64,000 bases of DNA from positions 10,208,390 through 10,272,389 of the forward strand of contig CM082580.2 in NCBI GenBank assembly GCA_040954595.2, given 5' to 3'. Below the pieces are notes generated by a model that saw only the letters and a program-made list of their open reading frames with translations, did no database searches and was not told where the DNA came from. Source of the DNA: Balanoglossus misakiensis (Eukaryota; Animalia; Hemichordata). This document shows, in pieces, positions 1 through 11,713 of the stretch. The translations under genes and the position numbers were made by a program. Every line of letters starts with the position of its first letter. The first letter of the stretch is position 1.

Positions 1-283
1 GCAAATTTTTAATACTTTTCACCACAGGGGTGTTTTTTATTATTATCACAAGTGTTAATAAGTATTTTTTTATATTTCATTTCTGCATTATATTGAAGCA
101 ATATCCCAGTGAACAAATATAATTTTGCTGAATTCGCAATAAAACTGTACAGTCAAAACACTCACCCACCCACTACACACCATGCAATGGTCATGTGTTG
201 GAAAAGTCCATATGCCCGCATACAAAATACCACATACATATATACACACCACAGAGATGGTAAATTTTTTTGTGAGAACTTAC

Positions 284-3200
284 AGTCCCAGCGGAGCGTG
301 GGGTCTTGGGGTTGGCTGGCACTCGCCTGGGCGCGGTGAGCTCCCCAGCACTGTCGGCAGCTGTCCTCTTCCCGTCTGCCTGCTGCACGCGTGCATGTGC
401 ACCAGTGAACTGCTCAATACCAATGCTGGTTTGGCTGACTGGGCTATCCTGTCCCACAATGCTCTGCTGCTGGCCTGCACATGATCAAACAGACAGATAC
501 ACCAGGTTGGCTTTTATATATAGGCGCGGGGGTTTCCACTCTCAAAAATTGTGGCCAAGAATGCTAATTAGTCAAATTGGCCACTTCTTGACACCAAAAC
601 TGAAACAGTCATAAATTATACTCTGATAGTCCCCAACCTTTGACCCCCGACCCCACAACTGAAATGGGGCATAGGCAACTTCCTTGAATTTTAGTGTCTC
701 ACTCTGCATTACTATTTTTCACATTATCACCACAAAAATGAAGCATGTAGCCAAACATTTACTCTGCAATACACTACCATGAAAGTCCTGTACGAATTTT
801 TTTTTATAGATTTAATGTAAAAATTACTTCTTCAATTTTTGACTTCATGCAAAGATTTTTTCCCCTCTCTTTTTTCACACGCAATGATCATACAAATTCC
901 AATTCAAGTAACCACAAATTTTCTCTGCAATTGCGTTTATTGGGTTGACCCCACTTTGGAATCTTGTGGAGACATGCCATGATAATCAAGGGCCTCAGAG
1001 GAGTCCCAGAGTATATACTAAGTATACAACACAAGCAAACAGGTATGTACAGTCACATTCCTGTGTATACAGGTGTAACTACAGCGCGGGCCAGGTTTGC
1101 AACTTCAGTTGTTTTTCATGTAGACTTCCTCCCCCCCCTCCCCCCAACTTTGATTTACAAAGACGTCTTTATAACTTTTTTTTCTGGTAACTCATGATAT
1201 TCAAACATTTTAAGTGCCAGGACGCTACTTGTGATCATTTATCTCACTTGACTTTAAAGTTTGATAACTGAAAACAAAGGTTGCATTTTCAGGTACCCTG
1301 GACTGGTAAATAAATATCAATCAGACCATTCCATGAATCAATCAATAAACACCGCTTTGTGTGTTATCTGTTAGTATCAACTGAAACTAAAACAAGTTTG
1401 ATTTAAACGATTCGTACTCCACATACTGACCGACTTACTGGAAAACGCGAGCAGCGAGTTTCAAATAGGTGTTTCTGTCAAAGGTGACAATCCAATAAAT
1501 GTTAATAGCATGCTTCCCCATGCTTACAACCACACTATCCTGCATCTCAGTCACGGTAAATCAAAGCATGTGTGCAAGACTGCATTCATAAGCTTTTATT
1601 TCAAAACGAGCACAAAAGTTTCATTTGTATTTAGTCCAAAGATATTGCCCCTCTCTTCTCAAATTGTGCCCAAACTATTTACCTGTTGGTGCTGTTGCCT
1701 GTCTTTCTCCGCCAGTTATTGTCAATCTTTGAATGAAACGATCATGTAAGTTCCTAAAGGCTTTGTTCGGACTTTCATGTTTGGGTTTCTTGTAGTAAAT
1801 TGATGGACGTTCCTGAGAGACGACAAGAAACAATAGTGTCACGGAAGTCATATCTTCCAGGTGCAGTAAAAAATGTTACCATGGAAACAATCCTCTTGTC
1901 ATTTATTTCAAAGTCTCAACCCTGCGTAAAATACTTGTATTTGCTAAAATCATGAAAGAAAACACATTTTCATGGCATAATATTGGAAGAGTGAATTTTG
2001 AACTGTTCACTAACCACCCTGAATGCCGGTGCAGTGGTCTTGTTCCTGCCTGTTGTCGCTATGGTTTGTCTGTTGAGAGCTGGTGCCTGTCTTTTCGGCA
2101 TTTCAACACCATTGTTGTTCAGTATGCTGGCCAGGGCACAGCTGTCGGCTTTAAAATCGACCCCAGTATCTGCAAAAATTCAATATAACATGCGTAATCT
2201 TCTCTAAATCATCTAAATTGTTTGTGTAATCTTCTCAAAATAATATTCTAAAGAGCATTTTTTTACTATTATATGTACCTGTTGTTAATGTGGATGATGG
2301 TGGTAATTCTTTTGTTGGTATGTTGCCTGTCTCAGTCAACCTCTGAACACAGTGGTTCCGGAAGTCCCTGTACGCTTTGGTTGGACTTTCAAATCTGGAT
2401 TTCTTCACAAAGTAAATTGATGGCCGTTCCTTGACTGTCGCTGGGTTCCTGTGACTGCTGGCTGTGGCAATGGTTTGCCTGTTGTTAGATGCAGCTGAGT
2501 TCTGCCTTCGCATGTCAATTCCTTTCTTATTCAGTATGCTGGCCAGAGCCGAACCGTCCATTTCAAATTCAAGACCACTCTCTGCGATGCAAGGAAAAAT
2601 TGACTGAATCTTATATGTTGTCATACAAATGATTTTTCACAGCATTATATCATAAACATATTAACTGACAAATGGTTACACAACCCTAATAGCAAACACT
2701 GATAATTCTACTTTTAGTAAAGTGTACCTTTTTGTTGATCAATTAAAGACTTCTTCTTGTTTACATTACTTGGCACATTTTCTGTGTCACTGCTCCCTCT
2801 GGTGGCCGCGGACCGACAATCTTGCCTGGTCACATTCTCCTGGTTGTTTGTGACATCAGTTGAAAGAACGCCAAGCACTGGACGATTCAAATATTCCTTT
2901 CGGGCTTCGGGGGAATTTGTGCCGATTACCTGGGATCCCGGTTTTACCATTTGCTTTTCTTTCCTTCTGTAATGTGAGTTTTATATATTATTTGTTAGGG
3001 CTAAACATGGACCGTACCAGCCAATAAAGAAAAATGATAATTTTCACATAAATCACCACATTCAAGATGACCCACCCGTGATCTGTTGATCCTTTGTCTC
3101 CATTCTCTTCGTCACTTATTTTCCCATCCATTAGTGAATCTAAAACTTCCTGATCAAGTTCAAAGTCAAGATTGTCTTCCTCTGGAAGATTCTCTTCATC

Positions 3201-4603
3201 TGAGAACTCTTTTGTGTCCACCACCTGGAATCTGGTCCCAGGTTTGGTCAGGTCAAATTCCTGTATCTGTTTTTGAGAAGAAGAAAAATGAGGTTTAAAT
3301 AGGTTGGCCTAAAACGAATATTCTAGAATAGGCCAGCTGATGCAAGAAGTTTAGACTAGTTGTACAAGTGCAGATAAATTCCTACCTGTGTGCAAGGCTT
3401 CTTGGAGCATGACTTTCCCTGTTGGTAGGAAAACATAATCAGCATCAATAAAAAAAAAAACACTAAACAAGTGCAGTATTCATATCAATAAGTCAATTTC
3501 CCAGAACTCTCCTTGAGTGCAGTAAATTTTATTATTCCAGGTGTTTCTAAAAGATGTTTCAAATTCCAAGACTTTCAAGGATCGTGTCACTGGTACATCT
3601 ACAAACTCCCTACACAGGAAATTGGACTTACCACCTCTAACTGCTTTTTCCATTTATTATGGAGTTTGTTGAAATCAGGAACTTTTCTGACTTTATTCAC
3701 AGTTCTATTACTCCCTTGGGTTTTCTTAGTGGAATCCAGAATTTTGCTAAAGATAACACAATAAAAAAAGTTGTGTATAATAATACATTCGGACTCCTGC
3801 GCCTTTTGCTTTCTTGCAACAATTACCTGATTACAAAAAAAAAAAAAACCTGCAATCGCCCAGTCAAGTCTGGTTATGCAACTTCATGAAACCATAAAAA
3901 TATGCAATTGGACAAGCACAATATTTATGATTTTCACAGAGAACATTTTCTGCTACGTGCTTGACTGGTTGTTGCAGCCCTAGGGCTACGACAAGCAGTC
4001 AACCTGGCAGCACCTGCTACAATCATTGCAGCTAGGTTCATCCTTCTTACATAAAGAATGTAAAGGATGTCTGTCTATTTTGTTGTGTATTAGACACTTA
4101 TAATAGAGTGCTAGCCATTACAAATGCTCACCCTTTTCCAGGATTCTTGACATCTTTCTTAGTTGTTCTTGCCCCAGGCTTGGTTGTAGTGGTATTTGAA
4201 GGTTGTTTACTGGTGGTCCGTTGCGTCTTGGGAAAAGGTCTTGAGCTGTGTAATGGAAAGAGGTATTGCTCATGTCATTTGGTGTTCATATCTTGATCAG
4301 AGTGTGCAAACATTGTGCTCATCAAAGTGGTAGTAATGCAGCGAAGGATATGTCATGTCCTTGAAGTTCGTGTGACTTTAACTGTGAGCATGGAGGTAGT
4401 GCCATACTGTGAGAGACAAGACCCCCCCCCCTCCTCTACTGTAAGTGAGGCGCTGGAAGTCTCGTGTACATCACTATGGGGAGTGTGCGAAAGTGTTTCT
4501 GTACAATATGATTATGCAAAACTAACTTTTTTTTAAAACCCAATACATACCGAAGGTTGTATGTGGATGACGGTTGAATACGCGCTTCCCCTGACGTTGG
4601 CAT
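284..4603 (-). CDS. Tastin/TROAP-like proliferation/microtubule-associated protein, multi-exon, 3' end runs off the left edge of the window
   Basis: Phase-consistent GT-AG exons: 4551-4603 (ATG, MPTSGEARIQPSSTYNLR), 4132-4245, 3632-3746 (RKVPDFNKLHNKW), 3386-3418, ~3058-3266, ~2727-2967 (D-box-like RPVLGVLSTDVTN), ~2279-2582, ~2015-2169, ~1683-1812, 284-474. Motifs LEFEMDGSALASILNKKGI and VDFKADSCALASILNNNGV resemble the recalled tastin motif IEFVADPAALATILSGEGV. Family call is by recall only; some boundaries are approximate. Confidence 0.6.
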
Positions 4604-4929
4604 CTTCTAAGACTGTAGGTAGGAGGATAATTTCACGCAGTATCTGGCGACTGGTACGAAGGCTGATCAAAAGAAGGTTTGTTGATGAAGTACACCATAA
4701 ACAGTACGAAAGTGTAAACTGTGCTGTGTGTACTGCAGGTATGATTCCAAGTTGAGGACTGGCTGGTTCACGATGCTGCTGTCGATGTTCGGTCTTGTGC
4801 GGAAATAGTGTCCGATGCGCGCTGAAACTGCGACTTTAACATAAATCAACAGTAGGTGCGAAAGATGCAAGTTATACGTGTTAAAAGGAACAAAACTACA
4901 GCATTTTCACCGAGTTTCATTCATTACGA

Positions 4930-5060
4930 CAACCGAATTTCGCGGACGCTAAACCGTAGATAAGCTCAGCCAATCAGCGACCACATCAACAAACACACCA
5001 GAGAGACCACGTAAAATCTCGTTTATGGTTCCGTGATTTCTCGAGAACGTTTGCGGGAGC
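4930..5060 (-). promoter_or_regulatory. Probable cell-cycle-type promoter of the tastin-like gene
   Basis: CpG-rich patch upstream of exon 1 with E2F-like TTTCGCGG (4938-4945), AGCCAATCAG CCAAT box (CCAAT 4970-4974) and TTTGCGGGA (5050-5058). Motif matches only. Confidence 0.4.
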
Positions 5061-5330
5061 GCATCACATCTTACCCACAATGCTTTATGATTTAACAACT
5101 TCACTGAACTCGGTTTTAATGTTCTCTGCCACCAAAAATTACGAGTAAGAGCAGTTATTTAGATATAAGCCACTAGAAGAGGCAAAGCGAAAAGGACGAT
5201 ACTGCTATACGCTTCGTCTCTGCATATTGACGTCATAATGCACCACATTATAAACATTCTTGAATTCGAACGTTTTGCTTTATTTAGGCCTAGATTCTGT
5301 CAAAAACAAATACGTGCTGGACACTGGTAA

Positions 5331-6941
5331 AGGCCGAGTTACACGAGGCAACTCGGCAGGCAACTCGGTAGGCAACTCGACGCGCAACCCGAGTTGCCTA
5401 CCGAGTTGCCTCGTGTGTATGATGTAGTCGCCTCAATGGAACGCGTCTGGCGACGTCGCCTCAAAATCCGTCATGTCGGATTTTCGGGCGACGAGTTGCC
5501 TGACGCGCAAGCTGTTGCCCCGCGTTACCACTTTGCCTCGAATAAATTTTGACATCTGCACATGCGAAAATGTTGTTTATTTGTTATTTTCCGAACCAGG
5601 AACTAAAGACTGTAGACCTGTACACTTCCGAAAATATTGGGGAATAAGTATTTGCTATGAAATCGGATATTTGTATGTGTTTATAGTTCAATATTTCCAT
5701 ATAAACTCAAGTTTTGTTAAAGAAACTTTTAACTAATTATCTTGCCAGTGATGGTATAAAAAATAAACTACTATTCAGTTCCGCGAAAATGGTTATGATG
5801 ATTGACTCGACATTGATTGCATTTCCGATTTTTGGGGTACCACAACCAAATGTTGTAACCGAATTTCAGAATAATAAAACGCCAGCTTATGATTATCGCC
5901 CACAGTTCAAGAGTTCTTACACAACCAGTGTACATCATATATCTTTTTGGGCAAAACACGTGTCTATTTCGCCCGGTCATATCAACTTATAAATACAAAT
6001 ATAGTTCTATTTGTATAATTTTACATACAAACAAATCTTTCAATCAATATATTTCTTCTTAAAAATATACTTCGTTATTCTACAATGAAAAGTCTCACTT
6101 GCTTTGTTATTACTTTCACTGTATTTCGAAACACGAATTTTGTATATTATCTATAACGTTTTTACACATATTTTTCGCACATTTATATGATGTGCAGTTT
6201 GATAATTCAGTAATCTTAATGTTAAATTGCGCAACTTTCTTCAATTTCCCCATAATCTACTCCCCTGCCTTACAAGGATTTAAACTCGCCGGTTGATCTT
6301 TTATAAAAAAAAATACCTGGTTTCAAGTACATTTTATATAAAATTAAATTAAACTTAAGTTACTCCCGTTCTATTAAAAAAAATTAAGTAACGTTTAAAT
6401 TTTGTCTAATTTGGTATCACGATTAAAAAATCCGTATTCATCAATTAAATTAAGCACCCACGCTAGTTTTTTTTCTTTTAATACTGATATAGACTTGCAT
6501 ATCACCTGCTAACTGAGAACAAAAAATGTTTTTATTGATGAGGATACTGTTGAAGTGCGATACTAGTTAGTTTATTATGTCAATAGTAATACATAGTGGA
6601 GAAAGTATACGTATTGTATGCAGTTGAAATTCGCAAACTTTTTTTGTTGTTTTTTCAAGAAAAAATACTCGGTCAGATGACCAGGTTGATCAGCTAAATG
6701 ACAAGAATAATATATGCATGCTGTTGCCAGAATAACCACCAAATATTTATGCAGAATATCGAATAAAGATTGAATTGTCGATCGGCTACTGAGGCGGCTG
6801 CACATGCGCAGCCACTGTTTACGCGCAGCTAGTTGCCAGTCGAGTCGCCCCGTGTAACTGTTCGATGTAGCGACGCGACTCGGGTTGCGCGTCGAGTTGC
6901 CTACCGAGTTGCCTGCCGAGTTGCCTCGTGTAACTCGGCCT
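5331..6941. mobile_element. Non-autonomous PIF/Harbinger-type DNA transposon (~1.6 kb)
   Basis: Perfect 64-bp terminal inverted repeats beginning AGGCCGAGTTACACGAGGCAACTCGG (5331-5394 and 6878-6941), TAA on both flanks (5328-5330, 6942-6944), reiterated GGCAACTCG subterminal motifs, AT-rich interior with no transposase ORF. A 3-bp TWA target duplication is typical of PIF/Harbinger. Confidence 0.85.
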
Positions 6942-7680
6942 TAACTCAATGCCATGCTGGAAAATGGGTTGTTACATATGTAGAGGGAGACCTCCAATCG
7001 ACTCACCTCTGCCATTTGACAGATTGCAATCGACGGAGCTCTGCATTCACATAGCTGGGACAGCAGACGCCCTGACACCAGGTGACATCGAAAAGAAATT
7101 ATCAGAGGTGTGTCATTGGAGACCTTCGGTCAATAGTAATACATAGTGGAGAAAGTATACGTATTGTATGCAGTTGAAATTCGCAAACTTTTTTTGTTGT
7201 TTTTTCAAGAAAAAATACTCGGTCAGATGACCAGGTTGATCAGCTAAATGACAAGAATAATATATGCATGCTGTTGCCAGAATAACCACCAAATATTTAT
7301 GCAGAATATCGAATAAAGATTGAATTGTCGATCGGCTACTGAGGCGGCTGCACATGCGCAGCCACTGTTTACGCGCAGCTAGTTGCCAGTCGAGTCGCCC
7401 CGTGTAACTGTTCGATGTAGCGACGCGACTCGGGTTGCGCGTCGAGTTGCCTACCGAGTTGCCTGCCGAGTTGCCTCGTGTAACTCGGCCTTAACTCAAT
7501 GCCATGCTGGAAAATGGGTTGTTACATATGTAGAGGGAGACCTCCAATCGACTCACCTCTGCCATTTGACAGATTGCAATCGACGGAGCTCTGCATTCAC
7601 ATAGCTGGGACAGCAGACGCCCTGACACCAGGTGACATCGAAAAGAAATTATCAGAGGTGTGTCATTGGAGACCTTCGGT
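6581..7680. repeat. Tandem duplication, 2 x 550 bp (6581-7130 and 7131-7680)
   Basis: Apparently identical sequence at a 550-bp offset (ORFs 6833/7383 and 6949/7499 are duplicated); GT microhomology at the junctions. The unit includes the transposon right TIR and exon 1 of the adjacent small gene. Confidence 0.95.
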
Positions 7681-8046
7681 TTCATCATTGTACGTACAGT
7701 ACTCGCCTAGCTTACTGTATATGTGAAGCCACACCCCCTCGATATTGTATTACCATCATAACATTATTGTTCTTTCCTGCAGGTAACTAGCGAACCTGTA
7801 ACGAGGTTCACGATCAAGATCACTTCAAAAAACTCCATTTATCGCCTAATCATCGACCCGAAGGTTGTCGTAGATAGTGATCAAGCTAGACTGGCCGAGA
7901 ACAAGAAAGTTCGAAACATCTCACATGACATCCAGATGAAAGCGAAAGACAAGATAAAACTAGGGCAAGATAATGGATATATTACACAAGCAAAGCCATA
8001 TCTATCTAAGGCGAATGAACGATATAGCACCTTTTACATGCAATAG
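7499..8046 (+). CDS. Uncharacterised small protein A (135-140 aa, two exons, MGC motif)
   Basis: Exon 1 7499(or 7514)-7657 MPCWKMGCYICRGRPP...DIEKKLSE|gtgtgt; exon 2 7783-8046 after ttcctgcag, VTSEPVTRFTIK...DQARLAENKKVRNISHDIQMKA...FYMQ*. Collinear paralogue of 8432-8929 with the same phase-0 intron position. An extra exon-1 copy lies at 6949-7107. Confidence 0.75.
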
Positions 8047-8431
8047 AATAATGATAGATTTGATGTGGGTTTTTTAATTTTTAAATCTTTTTATTTTCGC
8101 AATTCGATTTAATAAATTTTGTTTAAAATATTCAAAACAGCACTATCATGCCAGAACATGCCTATATGTCAAGATCCGTCATATAAAATGTGCGCTTAGA
8201 TTTAGCACGTTGTGGAAGTTGTGCGCTCGTAAAAACAGTAGCGCGTTAATTCGCAATATTCGAATATCCGTGCATATGCCCAAAGTGTTCTTTCGAACTC
8301 TTCTTCGGTTATGACATCAACCGCTCCCAAACACATTTGAATCAAGGCTTGGTATTATATGGAGCACCCATAATGATGGCCGGAAAGTTTCCCTAACACC
8401 AATGAGCACTTGGTCGGACAGTTGAAATATC

Positions 8432-8929
8432 ATGGGGTGTGGTTCGAGCAAAGCTGCAAGAATCAAGAAAAGCGACTCGGCACCCCTGGACCGACTTGAA
8501 GAACAAAATATGAAACTATTTTTGAAGGGTGATATAAGCAAGGTTACTCCAGCAGGAGTCCAGGTTCATTTAGCAGAGGTGGGAATATTCGCTATGTTAT
8601 TTCGATTAATCCCATCAAATTTAATGTCTTTTCGCACGTAAGTCGTCACAATGACAAATTTTCTTTCGCTCTGTGCAACCCCAATCACACAGATAAGCGG
8701 GGAGTCGCCGACCAGATTCACCGTGGCACCCACAACCCAAGAGACCGTCTACCAAATCACGATCAAACCAGGCCCGGTCGGAGACAACGACCAGGAGAGG
8801 CTGGCAGAGAACAGGAAAGTCCGAAGCATTTCACAGGACATACAGAAGAAGGCCAACAATGGCGAAATCAAATTGTCCGGCGCCGACGTCATCAAGGCCA
8901 AGACGTTTCTCACTGCCGGAGATCTCTAA
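8432..8929 (+). CDS. Uncharacterised small protein B (127 aa, two exons), predicted N-myristoylated/palmitoylated (MGCGSSK)
   Basis: Exon 1 8432-8578 MGCGSSKAARIKK...VHLAE|gtggga; exon 2 8693-8929 ISGESPTRFTV...DQERLAENRKVRSISQDIQKKA...AGDL*. TATAAAA at 8182-8188. Clear similarity to protein A. Confidence 0.8.
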
Positions 8930-9664
8930 GCAATCGGAAGTCAACTTTTAATACTAGCATTGAACCAAAATTAAACTATTATAACTTCAAAATGTAACAT
9001 TATTGTAAGGATATCATATAATAATAATTGTTTTTCTTCTTTTTTTATGTTCCGTTTACATATCCTGCTCAGTTCCTGATCCATTTTTACTTTCTTTTCG
9101 ACTTCATTTCTTTTCCTTGATCTGGTATTTTGATCTATTTTACCTTTCTTTTGTTTTTATTTTTTTTCTACGTCGAATTTAACACCCATGCATCTTATTA
9201 TTTAAAAACCATGTAGAAGTCAACGACTAGACTGCCCTTGATAAATATGTTTCAGACAAAATCGGTCGGGTTCAAGTTGATTTCAATAGCTGTTCGAAAA
9301 ACCCAAATCGGTGCGTGGGTGTTAAATTCGATAATTTATTTGGTGAAATCCATTTTTGGCAAACTAAGATATGTAATTAATGCAAGTATTAAAAGTTGAG
9401 CGATTAAGACACTATACCTTGTGGTGATGATTCTTTTCTCGTACGTGGCAATCATAAATAATCTGAAAACAACGGTAGCTTCCTTTTTATCTGCATTTGT
9501 ATCTCCGCCCTCCTTGCAAGAGCGCCACACACGACCGACTACAGCCAAATGACCTGACATGACCAAGCGGTAGAGCAGCTGATCTGACAGCGATCGATCT
9601 TTCAAACTTCCCGCTCATCGGTGAACGGACCTGGCTTTGTTGCTCGATACATCCAACTGTGAAT

Positions 9665-11713
9665 ATGGGTGAAATCAGTCCTCTCAACGTCGTCGTTAAT
9701 GCCTGCATCTTCCTAGCTACAGGTAAAAAGGCACAATCAACCAGTGATCGCGAAGCCAAGCTACGCGTGTACTTCCGATCTCGTAGCCAACGCAGCTCGT
9801 AGTTTTGCCTGGTATATTGTGTGTGGACGGCAAAATCAGACGTCCACAAACAATACCAGCAGGCAAAACCTCGATCTACATGTACATGCAAAGATCTAGT
9901 GCCCACCGCTACACATTTGTACATCCGTTTAGCACACCCAGATAGCCGAAAGCATAGTTATCGTACGTTCGCGTACGTACAATGGTAACTATGTCAACGC
10001 TATCAATGATGACGTCATACTACTAATTAGACATGTACATCATGTCTCCTGGTGCATTATAAACTTTTGACTATCATAGCCCACCCATGCCATTATCATG
10101 TGCTCTTCATGTCCAAACCTCTTGCATCGTCCAGACAAGAGTATAAAGCAATTGAAGAGGTCATCTAAAGGTCAAGACATTAGGTATGTGATGTGAATAG
10201 TAAGTGCTGCATATGAATTGGAGACCATGCCCCCCCCCCCCTCCTTTTTCGAAGGTCTAATGTTCAAAACCCCAGCTCCCCAAAAAGAATAATTTCATTG
10301 CAGAGATGGAACTTTTGAAACGATGTGAACACTGTGTTCTGGCATTACAGGAAGTGCAGCATGGTACATCAACGAAATCATGGCATATCTCAATCCAAAT
10401 CGTCTCGACGGCGGCTTGTTCGACATCAACGACACCCGGCTGGCGTACCCCCGTAGGAACACTTTGCCACTGGCCTTGATGGTCGCCTGGATAATCTACA
10501 TTTCTGTTGCCTTGGTAAGCCAAACAGGATGAGAGTTGAAAGGCTCATTCATCTTCTTATTGAACACTTTGACCAAAGCTAACCGGCTGGTTTAGTTTTC
10601 AGATTTTGCCTCCTTGTTAGCATTTTCCTCTTCTTTTTTTGCTTGCAGCTGATATTGGGTGAACTCTCCAGTTATCTGCGAGGAAAATATTCCATGAAAA
10701 CCGCCCTCTATAATGCAGTCCGCCTGTACGGAATATTCCTGTACGGATGGTGTATCCATGCTCTGTGGGTCATGGCAACAAAGGGTGTCATGGTGTCGCC
10801 TCGTCCACACTTCATCGAGTCGTGCAAACCAGATCTCTCTAAGGTGCCAGACAAAGCCGGTCTTCTTTCCTTTGATGTCTGCACAGCTGATCAGAAGACC
10901 ATGAAAGATGCAACGTGAGTAGAATTGACACCATGAACCCTTATCATCTTTAATAATGCAAGGGAGAGTTTATATATGCAGAAAACCTGGAAGATTGGTA
11001 AACAAGTTAGGTGACGAGAATTTCATATATCGACTGATCTGCGTCTTTGGAATAACGTTTATTTTGTTTATCTTTCAGTGGAAGTTTCCCATCAGGACAT
11101 TCTGCTATTGCGTATTATGCTTGCTTCTTTTGGCTGGTAAGTTTAAAAATCATATCGTCGGTGTATATTAATCAGGATGATTGTTATTCCTGTAATTAGA
11201 TGTTCACATTTTACTTTTTGTATACTGCAGTTCTATGTCCAAACCAAGGTGCCGCCCACTGCTCCGAAGATGGTCATAGCGTTTGTGCAAGCACTGGCGA
11301 TAATGGTCTCGTTCCTGGTGTCTGTGACCAGAATTGTTGACAACCGTCATTTCTGGAGCGACGTCATCGTCGGTATCATCTTTGGAGTCTTTCTTGCAGT
11401 GTGGATGGTGAGCAGGTTTTTTGTACTTTTTTGTGAAATTCGATATTGTGTGGTTATTCACAAAGTTCTGAGCAGACATGAATATGCTATCCAGCCAGTT
11501 GAAGTCGGGATTTTGGCCACCAAGAGGGCTTCAGCACACACCCCACCTGTACATGTCAACAGGCAGTATGTCTCGTCGTGTTCAACCACATCCACATTGT
11601 TTTCTTGCAACACAGTAACTCCATTATTTTTGACATTTCAGGGTAGTCTTTGTGGCATCTTACCGAAGATGACAAGGACAGGTTCTGGCCATGTCAGAGC
11701 AAAGACGGACTAG
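9665..11713 (+). CDS. PAP2-superfamily phospholipid/lipid phosphate phosphatase (PLPP/LPP-like), copy 1, six exons
   Basis: Exons 9665-9722, 10351-10514, 10649-10914, 11079-11136, 11231-11407, 11642-11713. Intact C1 KGVMVSPRPHF (KxxxxxxRP), C2 SFPSGH and C3 TRIVDNRHFWSD (S/TRxxxxxHxxxD); several hydrophobic segments. Confidence 0.9.

Noticed and set aside
1435-1476. Possible small minus-strand exon of the tastin-like gene
   Set aside because: Introduces a stop in the required phase; the ~1683 exon joins 284-474 in frame without it.
5341-5415. Reiterated GGCAACTCG units resembling a short repeat array or CRISPR
   Set aside because: No unique spacers, eukaryotic context, and the units lie in transposon terminal/subterminal repeats.
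5473-7054. ORFs inside or overlapping the Harbinger-like element as a possible transposase
   Set aside because: Short, lacking DDE or Myb/SANT features; some simply read through the TIR repeats.
9487-9924. 145-aa minus-strand ORF over the first phosphatase 5' region
   Set aside because: Non-ATG-supported composition is unremarkable, there is no homology cue, and it overlaps a better-supported plus-strand first exon in a CpG-rich promoter.
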